From an uncultured Granulosicoccaceae bacterium (GTDB lineage Bacteria; Pseudomonadota; Gammaproteobacteria; Granulosicoccales; Granulosicoccaceae): a stretch of DNA of 64,000 bases. Below, in pieces: positions 1-10,130 of the stretch. How positions within the stretch are numbered: the stretch's first letter is position 1; every line of letters begins with the position of its first letter. The notes below the pieces were generated by a model. It had not been told where the DNA came from. It did no database searches and worked only from the letters and a program-made list of their open reading frames with translations. The translations under genes and the position numbers were made by a program. The stretch spans positions 8,705 through 72,704 of the forward strand of contig CALIHW010000053.1 of the NCBI GenBank assembly GCA_938020525.1, written 5' to 3'.

Positions 1-244
1 CATCAGCACGCTTTGTTGCAAATTGCACCTGTTGTGCCGTTAGCTCATTGCGCAGGGCGCGCAAAATACTGGCATCACCCTCGATATACAGCTGCCCGAC
101 CACCTGACTACCGGACTGCCTGCCACTACCGCGAGCATTAAATCCACAGGCAGAAACAACGACCGTTGTCAGCAACAGGATAATCAGAGCATTGACTAAA
201 CGACCCTGGCCTCTGTTTCGGCCTCGGCGGCTACAGTTATTCAT
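1..244 (-). CDS. lptE: LPS-assembly lipoprotein LptE (RlpB), N-terminal part; the ORF runs off the window
   Basis: My own reverse translation from the ATG at 244..242 gives MNNCSRRGRNRGQGRLVNALIILLLTTVVVSACGFNARGSG... with a lipobox (VSAC|GF). There is no stop before position 1. It sits immediately downstream of leuS as in E. coli (leuS-lptE-holA). The start overlaps the leuS stop (TGATG). Confidence 0.6.
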   Translation of the reverse strand, partial: MNNCSRRGRNRGQGRLVNALIILLLTTVVVSACGFNARGSGRQSGSQVVGQLYIEGDASILRALRNELTAQQVQFATKRAD

Positions 245-891
245 CACGACACCACTATGTTCACAAGCTTCTCCGGCACAACAATTACCTTGCGAACAGT
301 TTTTCCTTCTGTATGACGCTGGATATTTTCGTCCGCCAGCGCCAGTTTCTCACAATCGTCTTTGCCGGCACCACTGGCAATTGTAATTTTACTGCGCAAC
401 TTACCATTCACCTGCACCACCATTTCGATTTGATCCTGCACCAGCGCAGATTCGTCGACCACCGGCCATGTGGCGTCCACAACAGGCAGATCGTCACCAT
501 GAAGTTCACGCCAGATTTCGTGACACACATGCGGTGTAACCGGTGCCAGCATAAGAGTTGCTGATTCAACTGCCTCACGCATGACTGATTTGTCGGCGTC
601 TGACTCCGGCTTGAAGCGATTGACCTCATTCATCAACTCCATGACTGCAGCGATTGCGGTATTGAATGTATAGCGCCGCTGCATATCGTCAGTGACCTTT
701 TTAATGGTCTGGTGGGTTTTCAGTCGCAAGCTGCGTTGTTTATCTGTGAACTCGGCAGGCATCACATCAGTTGCTATACCACTGGATATCAGTTCATGGC
801 ACGACTTATAGAATCGCTTGATAAACCGACTGGCACCTTCAACACCGGCATCACTCCACTCCAGTGACTGATCGGGAGGAGATGCGAACAT
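244..891 (-). CDS. leuS: Leucyl-tRNA synthetase, C-terminal 215 aa (anticodon-binding and C-terminal domain), in the same frame directly after the TAA
   Basis: It starts MFASPPDQSLEWSDAGVEGASRFIKR, continuing the LeuRS alignment (E. coli [26 protein letters not shown]). The ATG at 889..891 abuts the TAA at 892..894. The two pieces together give about 861 aa, a normal bacterial LeuRS length. Confidence 0.85.
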   Translation of the reverse strand: MFASPPDQSLEWSDAGVEGASRFIKRFYKSCHELISSGIATDVMPAEFTDKQRSLRLKTHQTIKKVTDDMQRRYTFNTAIAAVMELMNEVNRFKPESDADKSVMREAVESATLMLAPVTPHVCHEIWRELHGDDLPVVDATWPVVDESALVQDQIEMVVQVNGKLRSKITIASGAGKDDCEKLALADENIQRHTEGKTVRKVIVVPEKLVNIVVS

Positions 892-2850
<1,959 letters not shown>

Positions 2851-3461
2851 TTACGATGTTTATTTCACTACTCGGTAGGCTGCTCTGTTTCCGATCCCTC
2901 GAATTATTCTTTCGAATCAGCCCAGCAGACCATTATAGCAAGGGTTACACATTTAATGACTGTATCGATTTGGCTGGTTGATCCCAACATATCATACCGA
3001 CTACCGGGAAAAGGAAGCAGTACTGAGAAAACGCCTGGTGGATCTAACCGAAGTTAAAGCAATGTGGTAAACCCTAAGTATTGCCACAGATGATTTAGAT
3101 CGTGAAATTTAAGACCCCGACTACGATGCAATAGCCAAGCTCGTGCTGCTCGTATGTCTTCTTCCCCATCCGACGAACTGAAGCGATTCAAATACTGATA
3201 GCTTCTCTTCCTACTGCTATCTATCACAAATGACACCGCCACAGCTGTTGCCCCAGCTATATCTCTGTTTATTTTCAACTCTAACGCATTGCTGTCATTG
3301 AATATCTTCTCTTCTTTTATCTATAGATCATAATACCTAACAACAGAGTGTGATATCTTCAGCTGGTTCTTTTCAAACAAAACCATTACAAAAGAATCTT
3401 ATAAATCATCTGCCTGGTGCAAATACAAGAGATTGATCTAAACCAAAGAGTTGAATAAAAT

Positions 3462-3890
3462 TTGAAAAATCTACTGCTAACAACGCTACTACTGGCACTC
3501 GCAGCTTGTAGTGGTAAGGAAGACACTTCTGAGGTCGTCACTTCAGATCCTGTAACTACTACTCCGGTAGCAGAAGAGAATACTCTGCCCGCTACTCCTG
3601 ATTTCTTAGGCTCTAACGGCGTACTAGGCATATGGTACTGTGCAGTAGGTGGAACAGTCTCAGGCGAATATATAGCTTTTTGGAACAACCCAACTCAGCT
3701 CAACTTTCTTGAAGATCAGACCGTCATTATTGAGAACGTCGACTCTATCAGCTCTTGGTGGTACACAGATGTTGGTGTAGCCGTACAGTGGTCTCACATC
3801 GGCAACACCTCTGTGTATCAAGAGTCTCCCAATGGTGGCATGCAAGCCAATGAAACCCACTGCCTCAGAAACCTTCCACCGGTTGAGTAG
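3462..3890 (+). CDS. Small hypothetical lipoprotein
   Basis: The N-terminus MKNLLLTTLLLALAAC|SGKED is a typical signal peptide II with a lipobox. A Thr/Ser/Pro-rich linker follows. I recognise no family. Confidence 0.55.
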   Translation: MKNLLLTTLLLALAACSGKEDTSEVVTSDPVTTTPVAEENTLPATPDFLGSNGVLGIWYCAVGGTVSGEYIAFWNNPTQLNFLEDQTVIIENVDSISSWWYTDVGVAVQWSHIGNTSVYQESPNGGMQANETHCLRNLPPVE

Positions 3891-3982
3891 TTACCAACAG
3901 CAGATACAACTTGCGACTGAAACAGAGTAGCTAAGCGACAATGGCGGTTACCGCGAGCTGTTTCTTGCTGCAGATCAATCCT

Positions 3983-6121
3983 TCAAGCGACTCTGCGTAA
4001 ATCGTAAAGTGATACGACTTCTTCAATTCCTTTGCGCAGATCCGAATTGAGGCTCAGATCAAGCTGCAGCCTTTTCGCAATTCGCGCCCGCTGCAATGCA
4101 GCGTCCCGGTAGCGTACAAATGTATTTGCATCAGGCTTGGGCTGAGTACCGGCAGTCTTTGCATACAGTGCCACATAACTTTCAGACGGCACTGCACCAT
4201 TGCGAATATTGACCTTCAATCGACTCTCAGCCAACAAGGTATCGACAATATCTCTCTGAAATTGCGCCTGATCTATTTGTTCATCAAAAAAGGTAGTTAT
4301 CAAATGATCACGCTCGTCAGCACTCAAGCCGTATTCATGAGCAATAATGGCGAGATTTTGAACAGCGTAGTTATCTGAGGAAACGATTGAGAATTCTATT
4401 AACGAACGCAGCTTAGCCACCAGTTCTTCATTCAACACAGATGCCGCGGATTCACTACCGGATTCGTAGCGTTCTATTTCCTGTGTCAGTTTTACCAACA
4501 GTGGCCTGACCACCCGGCCTCTGACATGATACGACCAGTATATTCTGATACCACTGTGCTTCCACCAGCTGGACATCACATCGGGGTCCCGAATGCCTTC
4601 TTCCTCGCTGATAGCAGTATCAATTATTTTGGTAATGATGCCGCCCAGCGTATAGGGTTCATGGGTTGCGGTTGGCTGAATATCCATCTCTGTAAAACGA
4701 TCAAAGTTATACTGCTGCTCGGCTACAATTAACGAGTCACATAACAACGTGGCTTCAGCTTTCTGTTGCGCCGCAACACTTGATTCTGCATCGGTTAGTT
4801 CAGCAACCATTGCCGCAAGCGGACCGCCAAAGCGTCGTTTAATATTATTCAACGATTGATCGTAACCCGCGACAGGACGGCATCCGTCTTCCACTACATC
4901 ATGCAGTATTGCAGTGGCTGCAAAAGATGGCTCCAGCGCTTCACCAAATATCTTCTCAGCAACTGCGGCAATGCGCAATGAGTGCCCAACCATGGTACAT
5001 GCGGATTTTCGCCGACCTTTTTCAAGGTACTGCATCATTTCCAGAGCCGCTACATGCAATGTATCTATCGAGTTAAAATTTTCAGACGCGTTAAAAGATC
5101 CAACTAACGGTAAGCTGTTATGCGTTTCGTTAACGGCTTTTCCGCGACGCCCTACGAGCCTGCGACGTTTATGGGGCTGCTCTAACACATCACTGACAGA
5201 CATCATCAGAGTGTGTTCAAGCGGTTCTGCCAATGCACCGTAATCTACTCCCTCTAAAGCCAGTGCTGCTTCTGCACGCTCATGGTGCAGCTTTAACCAG
5301 CTGTACTCAGGGAACTCAGAATCACAATCGATCCCAAGTTTACGAACTTCGGCTTTTTTCGCTTCATCAAGATTAGCAAGTATTTCATCTCCGGCAGCGC
5401 GTGCAACCAGGCGCAGCTGAGAAGCTTCAATAGCTACTATGACCGTTGCATAGGGTCGTGGCAGCGTCAGACTTGCCAACCCGTTGCTTTCCCCGGCCTT
5501 AACTTCCCTGGCCGTATCTTCCACGGTCTTCTCTTCAAGGGCATGCAGAAATTCCAGATGGTACTTTTTAATGTTCTTGACGTGGTGGGTGACATTTTTG
5601 CCAAACAGCTTATCTATTTTTCTGTATGTTATTTTTTTACACTGACCCGGCAGTACCGCCGAATAGCGATCAGTCAACCCAATGGTGTCGCGAATCATTG
5701 CAGCGACAATGACATCATGTTCCAACCGGGTTGAACCACATCGCCGATTTCCAAATCGTTTTACACCCTGCAACATAACACCCACCAATATGTCAGAAGC
5801 TATCGATGGCTCTAGCTTGGCAAGACTATTACTATTAATTAGCTTATCGCTGAACGGTATCTGTCTGATCAACGGTGCAATATTCACCAACTCTGGATTT
5901 GCATCCAGATCAGGACGCATCGACTCACAAAGAATTTCGCGACCACGGACAGTTTCAAAAACACCCGGAGTAACCTCACTAAGGTGCAACCAGTCCTCGC
6001 GCTCAGCCTGCAGCCATTCGCGCGAGACTTTACCGACGATAGCGCGCTCATCATCTCTGGTTGCAACCAGTAGATTGTAGGCGCGAAGTAAATTGCGTAT
6101 ATCTTTTGTGCAGTAGGGCAT
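3983..6121 (-). CDS. Large HD-domain protein (712 aa) with a SpoT/RelA-type metal-dependent phosphohydrolase core, flanked by unrecognised N- and C-terminal regions
   Basis: The central motif is GHSLRIAAVAEKIFG...SFAATAILHDVVEDG...RRFGGPLAAMVAELTD. This matches the H...HD...D pattern of the (p)ppGpp-hydrolase HD_4 family (SpoT has ALLHDVIEDT). About 390 aa upstream and 230 aa downstream have no family I can name. Confidence 0.7.
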   Translation of the reverse strand: MPYCTKDIRNLLRAYNLLVATRDDERAIVGKVSREWLQAEREDWLHLSEVTPGVFETVRGREILCESMRPDLDANPELVNIAPLIRQIPFSDKLINSNSLAKLEPSIASDILVGVMLQGVKRFGNRRCGSTRLEHDVIVAAMIRDTIGLTDRYSAVLPGQCKKITYRKIDKLFGKNVTHHVKNIKKYHLEFLHALEEKTVEDTAREVKAGESNGLASLTLPRPYATVIVAIEASQLRLVARAAGDEILANLDEAKKAEVRKLGIDCDSEFPEYSWLKLHHERAEAALALEGVDYGALAEPLEHTLMMSVSDVLEQPHKRRRLVGRRGKAVNETHNSLPLVGSFNASENFNSIDTLHVAALEMMQYLEKGRRKSACTMVGHSLRIAAVAEKIFGEALEPSFAATAILHDVVEDGCRPVAGYDQSLNNIKRRFGGPLAAMVAELTDAESSVAAQQKAEATLLCDSLIVAEQQYNFDRFTEMDIQPTATHEPYTLGGIITKIIDTAISEEEGIRDPDVMSSWWKHSGIRIYWSYHVRGRVVRPLLVKLTQEIERYESGSESAASVLNEELVAKLRSLIEFSIVSSDNYAVQNLAIIAHEYGLSADERDHLITTFFDEQIDQAQFQRDIVDTLLAESRLKVNIRNGAVPSESYVALYAKTAGTQPKPDANTFVRYRDAALQRARIAKRLQLDLSLNSDLRKGIEEVVSLYDLRRVA

Positions 6122-6419
6122 AGCCCGGGCGTCATCCGTTATAACAGTCTGACAATTAAAACTCAGGTCTACGTTGACAGGAAATACCTGTGCAACTGCT
6201 TAACAATACTTTTCCAAGTTCGTCATCTAATGTGAACGGCGTCACTCACGGAATATTGATATAGGATTTTCAAATGGTGATCGTGTTCACCAAATACAGC
6301 TAATGGGAGGAAGTCCGTGGCAGCCTACCTGCTTAACCTCATCAACATAAAAAGATGAGCTAAAGCCGCGCGCAAAGTCTGTCACTGCAAACCGCATTCC
6401 CCGAGCTACAAATCGAAAC

Positions 6420-6760
6420 CCCAATAGCCATTCTCCCTGCGGAGGCTGTCACCAAAGCATTTTTTGAAATCCTGTTCGACTATATTTTAATGCATGCCCC
6501 AAAGCCAAGTCACTCTCCCTATGGGAGAGTCCAATGCGTTGTTTGCATTGGGAGAGGGATACTTTTGGCAATAAATTCAAAGTTTAAGCTAGAAGTCTAA
6601 TTGAATATCTAACCAGACACACCCCTCTTCCGGCGCAAACTACACGCCGGATTCTCCCCAGGGAGAATGTTATGTGATAGTCACTAAAACCTTTGACGAC
6701 ACCCTCCAGAGGAAGAATACAAAGCGTATTTGCTTTGCAAGAGGGATCGAAAACCCAAAA
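6420..6760. repeat. Cluster of REP-like short hairpins built on a CTCCC-N2-4-GGGAG core, paired with second hairpins
   Basis: - ACTCTCCC-TAT-GGGAGAGT at 6512..6530.
- CCAATGC-N7-GCATTGG at 6531..6551.
- CCGGCG-N9-CGCCGG at 6630..6650.
- ATTCTCCC-CA-GGGAGAAT at 6651..6668.
- Degenerate copies near 6430 and 6700..6745.
- The same ACTCTCCC-N2-GGGAGAGT hairpin recurs at 27421..27438. Confidence 0.6.
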
Positions 6761-6858
6761 AATCCGCTGCCTGATTAAACATAACCCTGACCGGCCGCTA
6801 CCGCGTAAGCTATGCGAGATCCCGAATAGCCAATAGACCCGGGTTCCCGGTATTGGGT

Positions 6859-7632
6859 TTAGGCTCTGAATTCCGCCCCAGCGAATATGTGGCCGCAGCT
6901 AATCAGCCATTTGCCACGAATCTCAAGATGTACCGAATCCCCATTGTGATCATGACAATCGACAACAGCGTGATAGGAAAAATTTTCCGGATCAAGTGTG
7001 ACATTGCATTGCTTGAAGTCGATAAACGCTCGCACACGGGAGTGACAGCATTTATAGATGGCTTCTTTGATCGAAAAGATCAACTTGTGAGCTTTACCAC
7101 CCATTGGATCACGGCCCGATTGGGCAAGTAATTTATCAAGACCGGCGGTAGCCGATTGCTCCAGGTCTGTCAGAACCACATCTGCGACTTCGGGAACGAG
7201 CTCTTCAAACGGCTCGACGTCAATACCGATGCCGTCCAGAACAGATTTAGGTGCAACGGCCACAGCACAGTAGAGATCTGAATGGGAAATACTGCCGATT
7301 ACTGATCTTGGCCAAACTGGCTGCCGATACTCACCAATCAGCAGGGTTTCAGAGACGCCGGTAAGCGATGCAATTAAGCGCCTCGCCTGACTGCGGCCAG
7401 CCGCAAACTCGGTATAACGTTTCTCACACACATCGCCTATCTGAGCTCGTTCAGCCTGCGCCAGCTCATCTAGCCAGCTGTCACGATGATCGCAACGGGT
7501 CAGCACTCCAGCTGAGAACAACGATGAGATATCTACAGAGGTAATTAACGTCTGTCTGTCCGGTAGAAACAGCTCCTCGCCGGATGTGCACAACTGGGCG
7601 GATGTCGCCATATGATTCTCCATTTTCAACAT
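6859..7632 (-). CDS. 4-prime-phosphopantetheinyl transferase, EntD/Sfp type
   Basis: PPTase motifs are present: PVWPRSVIGSISHS, GIGIDVEP and FSIKEAIYKC. The ORF is open to 7668, but the ATG at 7632 (MLKMENH...) is preceded by AAGGAGG. Confidence 0.8.
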   Translation of the reverse strand: MLKMENHMATSAQLCTSGEELFLPDRQTLITSVDISSLFSAGVLTRCDHRDSWLDELAQAERAQIGDVCEKRYTEFAAGRSQARRLIASLTGVSETLLIGEYRQPVWPRSVIGSISHSDLYCAVAVAPKSVLDGIGIDVEPFEELVPEVADVVLTDLEQSATAGLDKLLAQSGRDPMGGKAHKLIFSIKEAIYKCCHSRVRAFIDFKQCNVTLDPENFSYHAVVDCHDHNGDSVHLEIRGKWLISCGHIFAGAEFRA

Positions 7633-7767
7633 CACAACACTCCTCCTTTGCAACCATCCGGTGGACATCCAATCCGCCGGTACCTGCAGGGTACATGGGT
7701 GTTGGTAAAGCTACACGAATTAACTTCTATAAGTGGGGATTCGGCCAAATAATACAAGCTGACCGCA

Positions 7768-7885
7768 CGGTTCAAACAAAGAGTTAAGGGTTCAAGTTAG
7801 ACAAAGGGTTCAGATCAAACACAAGTCTAAGGTCTAACAACAGTCCCAGGTCAAACAAGGGCCCCAGGTCAAAAGTGTTCAGGCC
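7768..7885. repeat. Degenerate tandem array of about 18 bp units (6-7 copies) with core GGTYMAAAC / GGTTCA
   Basis: Read directly: GGTTCAAACAAAGAGTTAA / GGGTTCAAGTTAGACAAA / GGGTTCAGATCAAACACAAGTCTAA / GGTCTAACAACAGTCCCA / GGTCAAACAAGGGCCCCA / GGTCAAAAGTGTTCA. Confidence 0.6.
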
Positions 7886-8007
7886 ACGCGGGACAGAACA
7901 CATACCATTCAACGACTTTACTAACTGACAATCGCAACGTCGCAGCACCTGTTCACAAAGAACAACTATAGACTGATTTTGTCAGGACAGTGGTGTACAT
8001 ATCGTAT

Positions 8008-8027
8008 ATCTGTATTTATATACAGTA
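8008..8027. promoter_or_regulatory. LexA (SOS) box, near consensus
   Basis: ATCTGTATTTATATACAGTA matches the gammaproteobacterial consensus TACTGTATATATATACAGTA at 17 of 20 positions. The CTGT-N8-ACAG core is perfect at 8010..8025. A possible sigma70 promoter overlaps it: TGTACA at 7994..7999, a 17-nt spacer, and TATATA at 8017..8022. Confidence 0.65.
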
Positions 8028-8225
8028 TGTAATAACTCATACTCTACGGGAATCAAAAGCTTACAGCACACCGGCACAACATTACATTTTCAGGGTGCGT
8101 TATTGCGAACTCGTGGTCAGACTAAACAATTGACATTGAATATCGCATATGGTTTTCATTTGTAATTCTTGCAAATCTAACGTGTTTCTGACGATTCTAA
8201 CGAGACTCACAAAAGACCAACCAAC

Positions 8226-8487
8226 CTAGCCTGGATTATTCATCAGGCGACAAGCAAATGTTGGCGAAATGCTATGTATACAGTTCCGAACTACTTTTTT
8301 GGCACCTTAATTCAAAATAGCAGTGTGTCTATTCGACGCCAGAAGAAAATCTGGCGTCACATCTCGGCCCATCCTCTTCGGCACGTGGCGAGCCACGTTT
8401 CTCAGACCACGTTTCCTCAGGCGATTGGCCGACCTGTTTAGCCAGATTTCCTCTGAGCGCCAAATCCTCATGAATAACCCAACCTAG
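8226..8487. mobile_element. MITE, type A copy 1 (262 bp), CTAG-bounded, with imperfect 20-bp terminal inverted repeats
   Basis: The left end is CTAGCCTGGATTATTCATCA. The right end is TCATGAATAACCCAACCTAG, giving 16/20 complementarity. The element has no coding capacity. A related copy lies at 47832..47998. Confidence 0.6.
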
Positions 8488-8650
8488 GAGCTTGTCCGAG
8501 AATGAATGATCTACTGCGAAAGCGATCTTTTGGCCAGCTATTGCGATCGATATCGTTAAATATGAATGACTATTCGCCTCAATCGATCGAAATATCTGAC
8601 TCAAAATCTCACTGTCTCGCTACGACCCTCATTCTCGGACAAGCTCCTAG
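8484..8650. mobile_element. MITE, type B copy 1 (167 bp), with perfect 22-bp terminal inverted repeats CTAGGAGCTTGTCCGAGAATGA
   Basis: The left end is CTAGGAGCTTGTCCGAGAATGA and the right end is TCATTCTCGGACAAGCTCCTAG. A near-identical inverted copy lies at 47995..48161. It shares its terminal CTAG with the neighbouring elements. Confidence 0.8.
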
Positions 8651-8831
8651 GAGTCTGCGCGGTAGAAATCCGCGTAGCGAGAACGTGCCATGGCGAGGAC
8701 GTTTTTACTATCATTTGAGGCGCATAGTTGTTCATACGTAACGAAAATGATCGATGATTATTGTCGCCTTGGCACACCGTCAGGGCGCGTTCGCAGTAGC
8801 GGACGTTCTGCCGCGCAGACTTTCATCCTAG
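8647..8831. mobile_element. MITE-like element, type C (185 bp), CTAG-bounded, with inverted repeats AGTCTGCGCGGYAGAA
   Basis: The left end is CTAGGAGTCTGCGCGGTAGAA. The right end is TTCTGCCGCGCAGACTTTCATCCTAG. Only one copy is present in this window. Confidence 0.5.
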
Positions 8832-8861
8832 ACAAAGCTAATAGCTGAGAGATGACTAAAG

Positions 8862-9851
8862 TCAGGCCTCAGACGAACGCTGATCGGCTAATTCAGCATC
8901 ACGAAACGAAAAGTGATAGACACGCAACAACACCAGGCCAATGACGGTCACACCGAGCCACGCAGGCAAATGGTAAAAAATCGCTGCACTTACAGCAGTA
9001 GATGCATCAATACCAACCGCTGTCAGCGCAAGCACATAGCAGTACTCGATCGTGCCAAAAAAACCGGGGCTTGTCGGTAGTGTTAATCCCACCACGGTAA
9101 ATCCCAAAATAATGATTCCTGTCAACGGCGAAACATCCAGATCAAATGCAAGTAACGAAAAATAAAAACACGCTGCATGACATAACCACTGCAACACGGA
9201 GTTGATGATTACGCGCAGATAAAGTTTCTTTGTACCGAGTGCTGCTAACCCGGTACTGAGATATCGAATTTGCTGTGCAAGTTTCCCCCTGAGACTGAGA
9301 GGAATAAACGTAAACTTATACTCAATAAAGTGAATAAACTGATCTGTAAAGCGCGCCAGCAATACACTCGCAATCAGAATGACACAGGCCGCGGCAAGTA
9401 AAAACACCGCACTGCCATAATAGATTCTGGAATACCCTTCCGCTAGAAGTGCCAGTGAAAATAGCAACAAAACTACAAGAATATCGAACAAGCGCTCTAC
9501 GACCAGCGTTGCCAATACTGTAGATTTCGGAATCGAAAATTTCTCCCCGGCAAAATAAACCCGCACCAATTCCCCGAAGTGGGCCGGCAGCAGATTATTA
9601 CCAGCAGCCCCTGCCATCATCGCCGGTACCAGCTGACTACCGGATACCGTGTAGGACGGCGACAAAAGAACACTCCAGCGCAACGCTTTTAACCAGTAGA
9701 AGCCGAGGATGCTTAGAAACATCGGTACGATCGGCCAATACTCAGCGTCACTAAAAGCGTTACGGATACCGGCAATGTCTGTGTCTTTCAGAGCAAGGAA
9801 TAAAAATAAAACACTAAGCAGCAAACCGGAGAGGATAAGTAGTTTTTTCAA
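8862..9851 (-). CDS. Flippase-like / lysylphosphatidylglycerol-synthase transmembrane-domain family protein (UPF0104)
   Basis: This is a polytopic membrane protein. The N-terminal pattern ...FLALKDTDIAGIRNAF...WPIVPMFLSILGFYWLKALRWSVLL is typical of the LPG_synthase_TM / TIGR00374 family. That family often accompanies GT2 and GT-C enzymes. Confidence 0.6.
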   Translation of the reverse strand: MKKLLILSGLLLSVLFLFLALKDTDIAGIRNAFSDAEYWPIVPMFLSILGFYWLKALRWSVLLSPSYTVSGSQLVPAMMAGAAGNNLLPAHFGELVRVYFAGEKFSIPKSTVLATLVVERLFDILVVLLLFSLALLAEGYSRIYYGSAVFLLAAACVILIASVLLARFTDQFIHFIEYKFTFIPLSLRGKLAQQIRYLSTGLAALGTKKLYLRVIINSVLQWLCHAACFYFSLLAFDLDVSPLTGIIILGFTVVGLTLPTSPGFFGTIEYCYVLALTAVGIDASTAVSAAIFYHLPAWLGVTVIGLVLLRVYHFSFRDAELADQRSSEA

Positions 9852-10130
9852 CAGAGCACCACGGAGCCGATTGCCGGTAATAAGACAAGAAACATCAGAT
9901 AAAGAAACAATACAGCGGCAATGACGGCCATCATTTCACAAATTCTTATGCAAAGTGGGCAATGGCGATCCCGAAAAGCGGTATTTTCGCTGTCCGTTTT
10001 TGCTGTATTGGGGGAATTTTACCTTAACAGAGTCACACTTATCTCCTGTAGCTATCTTCCGAAGTACAAATGTTTACGAAATCTGCATGCACTGTCGATA
10101 TAATCCCCGCGTTGTTACCTCGGCAAAATC

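Noticed and set aside
3054-3278. A 74-aa ORF lies upstream of leuS.
   Set aside because: I recognise no family, signal peptide or clear ribosome-binding site. It could be real, but I cannot support it from the sequence alone.
8150-8230. A 26-codon ORF (MVFICNSCKSNVFLTILTRLTKDQPT) lies about 120 nt downstream of the LexA box and could be an SOS-induced small toxin.
   Set aside because: It is not clearly hydrophobic or helical like TisB or DinQ. It has no obvious SD sequence, and it ends in the CTAG of the first MITE. The evidence is too weak to call.
8502-8741. The ORF at 8502..8741 (+) and the ORF at 47883..48194 (-) give very similar peptides (MNDLLRKRS.GQLLRSISLNMN..SPQSIEISDSKSH), which suggests a conserved small protein.
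   Set aside because: The similarity comes from the same 167-bp MITE (type B) present in opposite orientations. The ORFs run across the element boundaries into unrelated sequence and have no ribosome-binding site. I treat them as non-coding.
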